Origin: an uncultured Solirubrobacterales bacterium
Lineage (GTDB): Bacteria; Actinomycetota; Thermoleophilia; Solirubrobacterales; Solirubrobacteraceae
Direction of reading: 5' to 3'
NCBI GenBank assembly: GCA_963710785.1
Contig: CAVQBM010000007.1
Span: 298,246 to 362,245 of the forward strand
DNA: 64,000 nt
Below the pieces are notes generated by a model that saw only the letters and a list, made by a program, of their open reading frames with translations, was not told the DNA's origin and did no database searches. Below are positions 35,719 to 45,856 of this stretch, one piece after another. The position numbers and the translations under genes are program-made. Every line of letters starts with the position of its first letter. The stretch's first letter is position 1.

Positions 35719-37064
35719 CAGGCGGCCACCACCGAAAACGCCCGCTCCCTGTATGCCACGGCGCCGGCCGCGACCGTCAGCAGCACCCGCCCACACAGGC
35801 GCCGTCCGGCAAAGCAGCAGTTCTCCGAGCGGCTCTCCCAGCCGTGCTCTCCGGGCGTCCACTCCGCGTCGAGGTCGATCAATGTGAGGTTGGCCGGCTC
35901 GCCGATGGCGATGCGCGGCACAGGCAGCTCATACAGCGAAGCGCCCGCCGTCATGCGCTCCACGAGCAGCTCCAGCGTGAGCACACCAGGAAGCACCAGC
36001 TCTGTGTAGAGCGCCGCGAAAGCCGTCTCCAGGCCCGTGGTGCCCATCGGCGCCTGCTCGAAGGGCACCTCCTTCTCATCGCGCGCGTGCGGCGCGTGGT
36101 CGGTCGCGACGCAGTCGATGACTCCCGTGCGCAGCCCCTCCACGAGCGCGGCGCGGTCCTCCGCGGTGGCCAGCGGCGGGTTCATCTTCATGCGCGTGTC
36201 GAGCGTGCGCACGTCCTCTTCAGTGAGCAGCAGGTGGTGCGGGGTGACCTCGGCGCTCACGCCGAACCCGCGCGCCTTGGCGGCGGCGACGGCCTCAACC
36301 GAGTCCACGCAGCTGAGGTGCTGGAAGTGCACCCTCCCCTGCTCGTAACCCGCGAGCGTCGCGTCGCGGGCGACCATCGTGGACTCGCTCACGCTGGGGA
36401 TCCCCGCGATGCCGAGCGCGGCGCTCACCGGACCCTCATGCATCGCGCCGCCGTGGGAGAGCGAGGGGTCCTCCTCGTGCAGTGCTAGCACGCCCCCGCA
36501 GAGGCGCTGGTAGCGCAGCGCTTTGCGAAGCATCCCCGCATCCACCACGGGGCGCCCGTCATCGGTGAAGCCGAGCGCGCCCTGCTCGCGCAGCTCGGCC
36601 ATCTCGCTCAGTTCCTTGCCATCCAGTCCGCGGGTGATCGCGGGGAGGAACCCCACCGGCACGCGCGCCTCGCGCGCGGCGGCGTCGCGCAGTGAGCGAA
36701 GCAGCGGCGCCGAGTCGATCACGGGGTCTGTGTTGGGCATCGCGATCACCGCGCCGAACCCGCCGGCGGCGGCCGCGCGGGTGCCGGTCTCGAGGTCCTC
36801 CTTGTGCTCCTGTCCGGGAGTGCGCAGGTGCACGTGCGGGTCGACGAAGGCCGGCAGCAGACGCCTGCCGCGGCCGTCGATCGCCTCCTCGCCCTCGCCG
36901 CGGGCGAGCGAGCCGGGCGGCGCGAGCTCGGCCACCTCACCGTCGCGCAGGCGCAGGTCGTGGCGCGCGTCGATGCCCGTGCGCGGGTCGAGCACGTGCA
37001 CCTCGCTGAGCAGCAGATCGGCCGCGACGTGCGGTCCGTGGACGAGCGGCGAGGCGGCCATCAC
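35718..37064 (-). CDS. pyrC: Dihydroorotase
   Basis: DPHVHLR, KMNPPL and ATDHAPH motifs. Confidence 0.96.
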   Translation of the reverse strand: MMAASPLVHGPHVAADLLLSEVHVLDPRTGIDARHDLRLRDGEVAELAPPGSLARGEGEEAIDGRGRRLLPAFVDPHVHLRTPGQEHKEDLETGTRAAAAGGFGAVIAMPNTDPVIDSAPLLRSLRDAAAREARVPVGFLPAITRGLDGKELSEMAELREQGALGFTDDGRPVVDAGMLRKALRYQRLCGGVLALHEEDPSLSHGGAMHEGPVSAALGIAGIPSVSESTMVARDATLAGYEQGRVHFQHLSCVDSVEAVAAAKARGFGVSAEVTPHHLLLTEEDVRTLDTRMKMNPPLATAEDRAALVEGLRTGVIDCVATDHAPHARDEKEVPFEQAPMGTTGLETAFAALYTELVLPGVLTLELLVERMTAGASLYELPVPRIAIGEPANLTLIDLDAEWTPGEHGWESRSENCCFAGRRLCGRVLLTVAAGAVAYRERAFSVVAA

Positions 37065-37993
37065 GCGAGCTGGGGCTCGGGGGCGGGCGTGGGCACGGGA
37101 CTCCCGGCGAGCAGCTCATAGAGCACCGCCATACGCACGACGACCCCGGCTTCGACCTGGGCGGTGATGACCGCTTGCGGGGAGTCGACGACCTCACCGG
37201 AGAGCTCCACGCCACGGTTGACCGGGCCGGGGTGCATCAGCACCTGGCGCGGGGAGAGGCGCCGTCCGTTGATCTGGTACCAGGCGACGTACTCGCGCAG
37301 CGAGGGCACCCACGCCTCGGTCATCCGTTCTCTTTGCATCCGCAACGCATACACCACGTCCGCCGAGGAGAGCTCGCGCAGCGTAAAGCGCACCTCGCAC
37401 CCGAGCGCCTCGATCCCGCGCGGGATCAGCGTGGGCGGGCCGGCCACCGTGACCTTCGCGCCCATCTTCTGAAAGGCGAGGATGTTCGAGCGCGCCACGC
37501 GCGAGTGCGCCACGTCGCCCACGATCCAGATCGACGCGCCGTCGAGCGCCCCCAGGCGGCGGCGTAGCGTGTAGACGTCGAGCAGCGCCTGCGTGGGGTG
37601 CTCGTGCTTGCCGTCCCCCGCGTTGACGATCGCCGCCGAGCACCAGCGCGAGACGAGCTCCGCCGAGCCCGCCCACGGCGTGCGGATCACGATCGCATCG
37701 GGCTTGTGCGCGCTGAGGGTGAGCACGGTGTCCTTCAGCGACTCCCCCTTCTCGACGCTCGAGCCCGAGGCGGCGAAGTTCACCACATCCGCGGAGAGGC
37801 GCTTGGCGGCAAGCTCGAAGGAGGAGCGTGTGCGCGTGGAGGCCTCATAGAACAGATTCAGCACCATCCGCCCGCGCAGCGCCGGCACCTTCTTGATCTC
37901 ACGGTCTGAGACCTCCGCGAAACGTTCGGCCTGATCGACGATCCGCTCGATAGCGGCGCGGTCGAGGTCCTCGATCGAGAGGAGATGGTTCAT
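37061..37993 (-). CDS. pyrB: Aspartate carbamoyltransferase
   Basis: [13 protein letters not shown] and HPGPVNRG motifs. Confidence 0.97.
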   Translation of the reverse strand: MNHLLSIEDLDRAAIERIVDQAERFAEVSDREIKKVPALRGRMVLNLFYEASTRTRSSFELAAKRLSADVVNFAASGSSVEKGESLKDTVLTLSAHKPDAIVIRTPWAGSAELVSRWCSAAIVNAGDGKHEHPTQALLDVYTLRRRLGALDGASIWIVGDVAHSRVARSNILAFQKMGAKVTVAGPPTLIPRGIEALGCEVRFTLRELSSADVVYALRMQRERMTEAWVPSLREYVAWYQINGRRLSPRQVLMHPGPVNRGVELSGEVVDSPQAVITAQVEAGVVVRMAVLYELLAGSPVPTPAPEPQLA

Positions 37994-38544
37994 GGCGCCA
38001 CCTTCACGGCAGCAACCGCGATCGCCACCTCGTCCATATCGTCGAGCTCACGCACGCGCACGTTGACGTGCTCCTCGCGCGAGGTGGGGAGGTTCTTGCC
38101 CACGTAGTCCGGGCGGATCGGCAGCTCGCGATGGCCACGGTCGGCGAGCACCGCCAGCTGCACGCGTGCGGGGCGCCCGTAGTCGAAGAGCGCCTCGATC
38201 GCCGCGCGCACCGTGCGTCCTGTGAAGAGCACGTCGTCAACGACCACGACCGTGCGACCGGTGACATCGAAGTCGATGTGCGAGGCGTGCACCACAGGCG
38301 CCTCGGGGCGACTGGCGACATCGTCGCGATAGAAGCCGATGTCGAGGTCCCCCAACGGGATCTCCGTGTTCAGCATCTCCGCCAAGAGTTCCTGCAGCCG
38401 TCGCGCGAGGAAGGCGCCACGACGGTGAATGCCGACGAGCGCGAGGTTCTCGGCCTGCGGGTTACGCTCGGCGATCTCATGCGCGATGCGCACGAGCGCC
38501 CGCCGCACGTCGTCCTCGTTGAGGACGATTTTCTCTGTCGTCAC
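37990..38544 (-). CDS. pyrR: PyrR regulator / uracil phosphoribosyltransferase
   Basis: [10 protein letters not shown] and [17 protein letters not shown] motifs. Confidence 0.97.
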   Translation of the reverse strand: MTTEKIVLNEDDVRRALVRIAHEIAERNPQAENLALVGIHRRGAFLARRLQELLAEMLNTEIPLGDLDIGFYRDDVASRPEAPVVHASHIDFDVTGRTVVVVDDVLFTGRTVRAAIEALFDYGRPARVQLAVLADRGHRELPIRPDYVGKNLPTSREEHVNVRVRELDDMDEVAIAVAAVKVAP

Positions 38545-38552
38545 CGTCTTTT

Positions 38553-38587
38553 TCCTTCCTGGCCTCGCCGGACCGGGTTAAAGGAGC
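38553..38587 (-). promoter_or_regulatory. PyrR-binding RNA loop overlapping the pyrR RBS region
   Basis: CCTTTAACCCGGTCCGGCGAGGCCAGGAAGG matches the CUUUAA...GUCCnnnGAGGC...AAGG PyrR consensus. Confidence 0.85.
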
Positions 38588-38645
38588 ACTTGGTGGAGTG
38601 AATGTATCAGCGTGGGGCGACGGCCTCCAGGACGGCGACGCCGTA

Positions 38646-39698
38646 TCAAGGCGATGCGATTGGCTCCACGTCTGTTGGCACGGGCTCCGACTCCGCTGCT
38701 GCCGCAGTGGACTCCGTTTCCACGTTCCCCGAGGTTGGGGTCTGTGGCCCGCCGTCCCGCTCGCGCACCCGCTCTGACCAGCGCACAAGCTGCGCGGGCC
38801 CCCGCTCGGGGAATGGCACCTCGATCGTGTCGAAGTCGCGCGGCACCTCGCTTGCGGCGAACACAGCGCGCGCCTCGCGCTTGCAGTCGGCCGCGGAGTG
38901 GCGCGTGGAGAGATGCACGAGCGCGAGTAGCCTCACCTCGGATTCGCGCGCAAGCTCGGCGGCCTGGCGGGCGGTGCTGTGTCCGGTCTCGCGCGCACGC
39001 GCTATGTCCTCCTCGGTGAACGTCGCCTCGTGCACCAGCACATCGGCCTCATGCGCGGCGATCGCAAGCGCCTCACACGGCGCGGTATCACCCGAGATCA
39101 CGAGCTTGCGCCCCTCGCGCGTGGGGCCCATCACCTGCTCGGGCGCCACGCCGTTGACAGTCTCCCCGCGCTGCAGGCGCCCGAAATCCGGTCCGGGGGT
39201 CACGCCCAAGCGCTCGGCGAGCGCTGGGTCGAGGTGTCCAGGCCGGGAGTCCTCGACCAGCACATATCCAAAGGCCGTGCCGCGGTGATGGCGCACAGGC
39301 ACGGCGGCCACCCTGTATCCGTCGTACTCCACCGCCTCGGCGGGCGCAAGCTCGATCACGCTCAGCTCATACGGAAGGCGCCCATAGATGAAGCGCGCAT
39401 CGTCCATCAGGCGCATCAACCCTGGCGGCCCATAGATCGTCAACGGCTGATCGCGTTCGCGCAGCCCAAAGGACTTCAGCATCCCCGGCAGCCCCAGCCA
39501 GTGATCGGCATGGAAGTGCGTCAGAAAGACGCAATCCAGATCGGCCAGCCCAACAGAGCGCACCAGCTGGCGCTGCGTCCCCTCGCCACAGTCGAACAGC
39601 AGACGCTCGGCGCCGCGGCGCACCAGGATCGCGGGCAGTCCGCGGCGCGGGCCGGGCACGGAGCCGCCGGTGCCGGCGAAGAAGACAGATAGGTCCAT
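38646..39698 (-). CDS. rnz: Ribonuclease Z
   Basis: DCGEGTQRQ, THFHADH, SGDT and HEATF motifs. Confidence 0.95.
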   Translation of the reverse strand: MDLSVFFAGTGGSVPGPRRGLPAILVRRGAERLLFDCGEGTQRQLVRSVGLADLDCVFLTHFHADHWLGLPGMLKSFGLRERDQPLTIYGPPGLMRLMDDARFIYGRLPYELSVIELAPAEAVEYDGYRVAAVPVRHHRGTAFGYVLVEDSRPGHLDPALAERLGVTPGPDFGRLQRGETVNGVAPEQVMGPTREGRKLVISGDTAPCEALAIAAHEADVLVHEATFTEEDIARARETGHSTARQAAELARESEVRLLALVHLSTRHSAADCKREARAVFAASEVPRDFDTIEVPFPERGPAQLVRWSERVRERDGGPQTPTSGNVETESTAAAAESEPVPTDVEPIASP

Positions 39699-39865
39699 GG
39701 GGCAACGGTAGCGGTGGAACGGCTCTCGTCGTGGGCAGGCACGGCGTCCCCCCATCGCAGGAGTCGCGACCAGCCTGCGATATCCACGCGCTTCTTGGTC
39801 GGCACTAGCCGCTGGTTGCTAGCGCTAAGCTCAATGACCGAAGGCGCCGTTTCATGGTGCCCTCT

Positions 39866-39938
<73 letters not shown>

Positions 39939-39967
39939 CCTGATCCCGTCCTGGGAGGATTGCCTGC

Positions 39968-40757
39968 CGTGTCCCTCCCCTCCGACCCGCTCGCCGCGCT
40001 CCGTCAGGCCCGCCGCGACCCCAACCTCGTCCTGATCGAGGGCTTTCACGCACTGAAGCACGCGGTGCGCTTCGGCGCTGAGATCCTCCGCGCCGCAATC
40101 ACCGACCCCGAGGAGGTTCGCAAGCTGGCCGAGACCCTCGCGCCCGACATTCTCGAGCGTCTCCCCGCGGACACCCCCGTGGTGTCGCCTCAGCGGATGC
40201 GCGCCGCCGGCCTGAAGGATCCCATCACCGGGGTTCTCGCCGTGGCCCTCCGGCCGATCGTCGATGTGCGCGCGGCGCTCGCCGATCCCCTTCCCGCACC
40301 GGTGGTCCTGCTCGAGCGCCCGCGCGGCCTGGGCAACATCGGCTGGTGTGTGCGCACCGCCGCCGCCGCAGACATCACCGGGCTCCTCACCACGGGCATC
40401 CACGACCCCTGGAGCCCCACGGCGGTGCGCATCGGCGTCGGGCTCCAGTTCGCAGTCCCCGTTGCACGTATCGCCGACACCGCAGGCGGTGGAGTCGCAC
40501 AAGAGCTGCTCAACAGCGACCGTCCGCTGATCGCCGTCGATACCCGCGGTGAGACGGTGCATCCGCGCGAGTTGCCCCCGCGCGCCATCCTCGCCTTCGG
40601 AACCGAGCGCCATGGACTCTCCGAGGAGCTGCTCGCCAGCGCGCAGGCGAGCGTCAGTCTGCCGATGCGCCCTGGCGTTTCGAGCCTCAACCTCGCCACC
40701 TCGGTGGCCGCCCTGCTCTATGCCTGGCGGCTGACGGGCGGCGATGGCGGACGCTGA
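39968..40757 (+). CDS. TrmH/SpoU-family RNA methyltransferase
   Basis: GNIG, FGTERHGLS and LPMRPGVSSLNLATS SPOUT motifs; start uncertain (39960 or 39968). Confidence 0.9.
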
Positions 40758-40861
40758 TTACGCGAGATCCGCCGAGAACTCCACCAGCCCCAGCCACCGA
40801 CGGCGGCGACGGGCACCACGTAGAGCATCGATGTGTACCAGTGCGTCAGACAAGCCAGCAC
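40718..40861 (-). CDS. Small 47-aa single-TM protein (absent from the ORF track)
   Basis: MLACLTHWYTSMLYVVPVAAVGGWGWWSSRRISR...; TAGCTT -10 box 7 nt before the GTG. Confidence 0.55.
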   Translation of the reverse strand: MLACLTHWYTSMLYVVPVAAVGGWGWWSSRRISRNQRPPSPPVSRQA

Positions 40862-41006
40862 GCCGCATAAGCTACCACGTCCGCCTGTCCCATTTGGATG
40901 CTGCCGGCATCACGCGGCCGTCCTGCGACGCGACGCCGCAAGCGCCGCGACCCCCGCGATCGGACCGAGCGCGCCGAGACTCAGCGCAAATTCGACGCGC
41001 GTGCGC

Positions 41007-41744
41007 TCACCAAGCTTCCTTGGTCGGCGCTTGCGGTCGCTTCTGCGATGTCTTGCGCCGACGCCTGCGCACAAACAGCACGAACGCCAGCGCCGCAAGC
41101 ACGATCGCGATCAGCGCTACGATCGCCGCCACAGGGGTCTTCGTGCCTTCCTCGGGCACCCAGAACAGCTGGCCGTTGACGGCCACCGCCTCGCTGCCAA
41201 CCTGGATCGGCACCCGCCAGTCGAAGATCTTCGTGCGCCTGCTCCTGTCCTTCACCTGTGGGGGCGGCACGGGCGACATCCAGTGGATGCGGTGATCGTG
41301 CCATTCGAGCTGGCCCGTGCGGTCCACCACACTCCAGCGCGGCGTCGCGTGCGCATTGGCGGAGGCCGGCACCGTCACCTGTGCATAGAAGCTCTGGTTC
41401 AGGTAGTACGCGGGCGAGGCGGTGTTGACTTCAACGGCGCCGTTCGCCTGCACGCGGGCATAGGGTTCGCCTTCGTACCCATACACCGTCACCGTCCTGC
41501 CCGTGTGATTGCGCAACACCAGCCGATCGGCGAACTCGAGCACTTCGAGGCTCAAACCGGGCACAGCCGGCGCCACGCCGGTGATGTTCGAGCGATAGTT
41601 GAAGCTGCTCCCCTGATCGGCGATCGGGTTGCCGCTCTCCTGGGTGGATGCCGGCTGGGTCGCGCTCCTGGCGTCGGTCACGAGCGCCGGCGTCAGGAAG
41701 GCGCCCGCAAGCAGGATGAGAAGGCGGAGGCGAAGTGAGCGCAT
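41007..41744 (-). CDS. Exported protein with C-terminal TM anchor and His-rich motif
   Basis: Signal peptide, WHDHRIHWM, C-terminal TM followed by RRRRRK; TATCGT 8 nt before the ATG. Confidence 0.75.
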   Translation of the reverse strand: MRSLRLRLLILLAGAFLTPALVTDARSATQPASTQESGNPIADQGSSFNYRSNITGVAPAVPGLSLEVLEFADRLVLRNHTGRTVTVYGYEGEPYARVQANGAVEVNTASPAYYLNQSFYAQVTVPASANAHATPRWSVVDRTGQLEWHDHRIHWMSPVPPPQVKDRSRRTKIFDWRVPIQVGSEAVAVNGQLFWVPEEGTKTPVAAIVALIAIVLAALAFVLFVRRRRRKTSQKRPQAPTKEAW

Positions 41745-41804
41745 CTCCGGCAACGATATTGAGGACAGGCTCCTGTCGAACCCACTCACCGAGCGCCCTG
41801 CGCC

Positions 41805-43232
41805 TCAGGTGCCCACCGACGACAGCAGCCACAGTCCGAAGCTCGTGAAGGCAACCATCACGGCAAGCATCCAGTACTGGCTGCGTACCGCCTCCACGGG
41901 GTCCTCGTAGAGCACGAGCGCACGATCGTGCGCGAGCGCCAGCCCTCCCACGTGGCCCGCCACGAGCGCTGCGACCTGCACGTACCAGATGGCCGCGTAG
42001 GAGATCACGCTGTAGTCGATCTGCGCGCCGCTCGTGCCAAAAATGTTCGAGCCGTTGGCGAGCGGATCTGAGATCAGAAAGCCGAGCGCCTGGCCCTGCC
42101 AAAGCAAGAGCGAGAAGTAGTGGGCGAGCACGTACGCGAAGGCGATCGGCACCAGCGTGTGGACGAATGCGCGCGTGAGCGTATCGCTGTCATAGCGGTC
42201 ACCCACACTGCGTACACCGAGGATGCCCAGCCGGTAGACGCCCGCGATCAGGAGGATCGACAGCACCAGCCCCAGCGAGTAGGCGAGCTCCTGAGCGGGG
42301 ACCAAATGCAATCCGAGATCGGCGAACCACCCCTCCAAGGTCGGCTCGTTGTTGCGCCAGATGCCGCCATTGCTGAAGCCGTCGAAGGTGGTCGTGCCAA
42401 TCATCGCGCAGATCAGCGCGACCGTGCCGCGACGGACCGGAAGGTCGGGGAGCCCGCTGAGTGGGCGGCGTGCGCAGAGGAACCCCTGCTCGTCGCGCAC
42501 GAGCGCCGAGAGCCGAGCGAAGAGGCCGAAATACACCCCGAAGGCATCACCCTGCTCGCTCCAGTCCTCCGCCCCGAACATGATGATCCCGGCGAGCATC
42601 GCAATGAAATAGGCGAGCGACAGGGCGGCGAGGACCGAGGGCATATCGCGATTGACATACACCAGCTCGAGCCAGGCGAAGCCGACGAGCCCGGCCACCG
42701 CGGGCCACATCCCCAGCCACCGCGGGTAGCGCAGCGGCGGCTGCGCCAGCGCTCGCGGCGCGATTCGCCTGCCGGCCCACCACAGCAGTCGTCCGCATGC
42801 GCGCCACGGGTTGAGCGCTCGAAAGACATCACCCAAGAGCACGCTGGCGATCGGCACACCCACCCAGAAGATCACGTAGATGAAGGTCACCGAGAAGTTG
42901 AACGGTCCTACCTGTGCCCCGGCGAAGCCGCTGTAGAGCACGAGCGCGAATACCCCCACGCCAAATATGCCCGCCGGCCACTGCAGTGCCTGTGGCAGCG
43001 CGAACAGCCGGCGGCGGTGTTGCTCCTGCAGCTGAGGGCTCCTCCACAGCGTGGAGAGCGCCACGAAGGACACCACGAGCACGATCGCCGCGGCCCAGCT
43101 GAACAGCCACACGGGGATCGGCAGGTTGGCCTTGCCGACGATGCCGTGTGCGGCCGCCTCGGCTGGGTACAGCAGCGCCGCAATGACCAGGCCGCCCACG
43201 AGCAGCAGCGGCGAGCGACGCGGGACTCTCAT
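41805..43232 (-). CDS. Polytopic membrane protein (resembles the family often annotated 'fenitrothion hydrolase')
   Basis: AHGIVGKANLPIP start, about 10 hydrophobic segments, NPWR, AHYF and GHVxxxxxAHD motifs. Confidence 0.75.
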   Translation of the reverse strand: MRVPRRSPLLLVGGLVIAALLYPAEAAAHGIVGKANLPIPVWLFSWAAAIVLVVSFVALSTLWRSPQLQEQHRRRLFALPQALQWPAGIFGVGVFALVLYSGFAGAQVGPFNFSVTFIYVIFWVGVPIASVLLGDVFRALNPWRACGRLLWWAGRRIAPRALAQPPLRYPRWLGMWPAVAGLVGFAWLELVYVNRDMPSVLAALSLAYFIAMLAGIIMFGAEDWSEQGDAFGVYFGLFARLSALVRDEQGFLCARRPLSGLPDLPVRRGTVALICAMIGTTTFDGFSNGGIWRNNEPTLEGWFADLGLHLVPAQELAYSLGLVLSILLIAGVYRLGILGVRSVGDRYDSDTLTRAFVHTLVPIAFAYVLAHYFSLLLWQGQALGFLISDPLANGSNIFGTSGAQIDYSVISYAAIWYVQVAALVAGHVGGLALAHDRALVLYEDPVEAVRSQYWMLAVMVAFTSFGLWLLSSVGT

Positions 43233-43286
43233 GCTCGCGGCAGTCTACGCTGCAAGCAGGTGACCCATATCCCCTTCCCATCTCTG

Positions 43287-44288
43287 ATGGCGCCCCCGCT
43301 CGCAGCGGCAATTGGCCTGGAGGACGCGCTCCAGCTAGGCCCGCTGCTGATCGTGGGCGTGCTCTACGCACGTCGTGTGCGCACGCTCGCCCTCCAGAAC
43401 CACCCGGTGCCCGGCTGGCGCCAGGCGTGCTTCTACGCCGGTTTCGTGACGATCGGGGCAGCGCTCACCTCGCTCGGAGGCGACAGCCAGGAACTGCTCT
43501 CGGCGCACATGGTGGAGCACCTGCTGCTCGGCGACATCGCGGCGCTGTTGATCGTGCTCGGTCTCACGGGGCCGCTGATCGCGCCGATCCTGCGGATCGG
43601 CTTCTTCGACCGTCTGCGCGTGCTCGCGCATCCGCTCATCGCCTTTCCGCTGTGGGCTGTGGACCTGTATGTGTGGCACCTGCCGGTGCTCTATCAGGCT
43701 GCGCTGCGCCACCCCGGAGTGCACGCGCTGCAGCACGCGATGTTCCTCGGGCTGGGAATCAACATGTGGATGTGCCTGTTCGGGCCGCTGCCGATGCCTT
43801 CCTGGTTTGGCAACCTCGCCAAGCTCATCTACATCGTCGCCGTGCGCCTCACCGGCACGGTGCTCGGCAACATCTTTCTATGGTCGGGGAGCGCCTTCTA
43901 CCCCTTCTACACCCGTGGGGACGCGATCTGGCACATCTCCCCGATCGCCGACCAGAACCTCGCGGGGGCGATCATGATGGTCGAGGAGAGCATCCTCACG
44001 CTGGGCCTGCTCTGCTGGCTGTTCCTGCGCGCAGCGCGCGAAGGAGAGGAACGCCAGGAGCTGCTCGACTTCGCCTCGGCCCGCGGCCTGGAGCTGACCG
44101 ATACGCGCGCCACGCGCGCGGTCGCCGCCGGTCGCGGCGCAGAATTACGTCGGCGCCTGGAAGGACGCTCAGCCGCCGGCTACGGCAGGCAGGATGGTGA
44201 CTTCGGCGCCATCGGCGACGGGGGTCTGCAGACCATCGAGGAAGCGGATGTCCTCGCCGCTGACGTACACGTTGACGAAGCGCCTTAG
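43287..44288 (+). CDS. Cytochrome c oxidase assembly factor, CtaG (caa3 type)
   Basis: SAHMVEHLLL, WHLP, HALQH and DQNLAGAIM motifs; the 3' end overlaps moaD on the opposite strand. Confidence 0.88.
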   Translation: MAPPLAAAIGLEDALQLGPLLIVGVLYARRVRTLALQNHPVPGWRQACFYAGFVTIGAALTSLGGDSQELLSAHMVEHLLLGDIAALLIVLGLTGPLIAPILRIGFFDRLRVLAHPLIAFPLWAVDLYVWHLPVLYQAALRHPGVHALQHAMFLGLGINMWMCLFGPLPMPSWFGNLAKLIYIVAVRLTGTVLGNIFLWSGSAFYPFYTRGDAIWHISPIADQNLAGAIMMVEESILTLGLLCWLFLRAAREGEERQELLDFASARGLELTDTRATRAVAAGRGAELRRRLEGRSAAGYGRQDGDFGAIGDGGLQTIEEADVLAADVHVDEAP

Positions 44289-44444
44289 CGACCCATCGTC
44301 GTCGGAGATGCGCTCGCGCAGCTCGCCGAAGCGCTCATAGAGCCCGTTGAGCACCTCCTGCACGGTGGCGCCGTCGAGCTGCGTCTCGCTGGTGCCCTCC
44401 GCGGCGGCGCGCAGCTGCGTGGGAATCTTCACCGTCACGGCCAT
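44169..44444 (-). CDS. MoaD/ThiS-family sulfur carrier
   Basis: Beta-grasp sequence RRFVNVYV...ILPAVAGG with free C-terminal GG. Confidence 0.93.
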   Translation of the reverse strand: MAVTVKIPTQLRAAAEGTSETQLDGATVQEVLNGLYERFGELRERISDDDGSLRRFVNVYVSGEDIRFLDGLQTPVADGAEVTILPAVAGG

Positions 44445-45796
44445 CAGAACGACGCTCCCACGGCAGACGACGTGCGCGAACCGGCGAACTCGGCCTCGGT
44501 TCCCTCGGGAACGCCCGCCTCGAAGGAGGCGATGGTGGGGTCGATCTCGTAGCTCTCGAACGTGCCCCGCACCGCATCGAGTGTCTTCAGTCCCTCGCCG
44601 GTGATCACGAGCACGACGCGCTCCTCGGGGTCGATGTCCCCGCGCGCGGCGAGCTTGGCGAGCACCGCCGTCGTGACCCCGCCGGCGGTCTCCGTGAAGA
44701 TGCCGGTTGTCTGGGCGAGCAGCGCGATGCCGGCGCGGATCTCATCGTCGCTGACGCTGTCCACGCCACCGCCCGTGCGGCGTGCGAGGTCGAGCGCGTA
44801 GGGACCATCCGCGGGGTTGCCGATCGCAAGCGACTTGGCGATCGTGTGCGGCTTGACCGGCCGGCACACGTCGTGGCCGTCGGCGAACGCGGAGGCGACC
44901 GGGGAGCAGCCCTCGGCCTGCGCGCCGTTCATGCGCGGGAGCGGGCGGGCGGGATTCCCTAAAAGACCGAGCTCGCGCCACTCGGAGAAGCCCTTGCCGA
45001 CCTTCGTGAACAGCGAGCCGGAGGCGATCGGCACGACGCAGCGGTCGGGCAGCTCGAATCCCAGCTGCTCGGCGATCTCGAACGCCAGGGTCTTCGACCC
45101 CTCGGCATAGTAGGGACGCAGGTTGATGTTCACGAATGCCCACTCGCGCTCGGCCGACAGCTCGGTGCAGAGGCGGTTGACATCGTCGTAGTTGCCCTTC
45201 ACAGCCACCAGCTTCGTGCCATAGACGCCGGTGGCAAGCACCTTCTGCTCCTCGAGATCCGAGGGGATGAACACGTAGGAGTCGAGTCCCAGCGCCGCGC
45301 CATGGGCGGCCACGGAGTTCGCGAGGTTGCCCGTGGAGGCGCACGCGATCGTCTCGTAGCCGAGCTCGCGGGCGCGCGCCGCGGCGACCGACACCACGCG
45401 GTCCTTGAAGGAGTGGGTGGGGTTGGCGGCGTCGTTCTTCACCCACACCTCCTTGAGCCCCAGCCGCTGGGCGAGGCGGTCGGCGCGGATCAGCGGCGTG
45501 CACCCCGCGGGCAGTCCCGCACGGGAGGTCAGACGGCCGGAGGGCGCCGGCGGTCCGTCGAGGACCGGCAGGAAGTCGGCGTAGCGCCAGATGTTCTGGG
45601 GGCCGGCCTGGATGCGCCGGCGCAGCTCATCGACGCCGTTGCCGCCGGGGCGGGTGGAGTCGCGCTCGCCGCCGGAGAGCAGCCTGCTGTGGTCATAGAC
45701 GACCTCCAGCGGGCCAAAGCAGCGCTCGCATACGTAGAGCGCCTCCAGCGGATACTCGGTTGCACACTCTCGGCACTTCAGATTCGTGACAGCCAT
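44444..45796 (-). CDS. Threonine-synthase-like PLP enzyme
   Basis: N-terminal CxxC...CxxC, NPTHSFKDR, ASTGNLA and ITGEGLKT motifs. Confidence 0.9.
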   Translation of the reverse strand: MAVTNLKCRECATEYPLEALYVCERCFGPLEVVYDHSRLLSGGERDSTRPGGNGVDELRRRIQAGPQNIWRYADFLPVLDGPPAPSGRLTSRAGLPAGCTPLIRADRLAQRLGLKEVWVKNDAANPTHSFKDRVVSVAAARARELGYETIACASTGNLANSVAAHGAALGLDSYVFIPSDLEEQKVLATGVYGTKLVAVKGNYDDVNRLCTELSAEREWAFVNINLRPYYAEGSKTLAFEIAEQLGFELPDRCVVPIASGSLFTKVGKGFSEWRELGLLGNPARPLPRMNGAQAEGCSPVASAFADGHDVCRPVKPHTIAKSLAIGNPADGPYALDLARRTGGGVDSVSDDEIRAGIALLAQTTGIFTETAGGVTTAVLAKLAARGDIDPEERVVLVITGEGLKTLDAVRGTFESYEIDPTIASFEAGVPEGTEAEFAGSRTSSAVGASF

Positions 45797-45856
45797 TGGG
45801 GCCTCCTATGTCGTCTTCGCCATTTACCGCGTGTGGCGAAGAACACGAAGCCCGCC

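Noticed and set aside
39968-40757. TrmH-family gene as an antibiotic-resistance rRNA methyltransferase
   Set aside because: Only generic SPOUT motifs are visible; no specific similarity to a resistance enzyme can be supported.
44169-44288. 120-bp convergent ctaG/moaD overlap as dual coding
   Set aside because: The CtaG tail lies beyond its conserved domain and is probably run-on to the next available stop.
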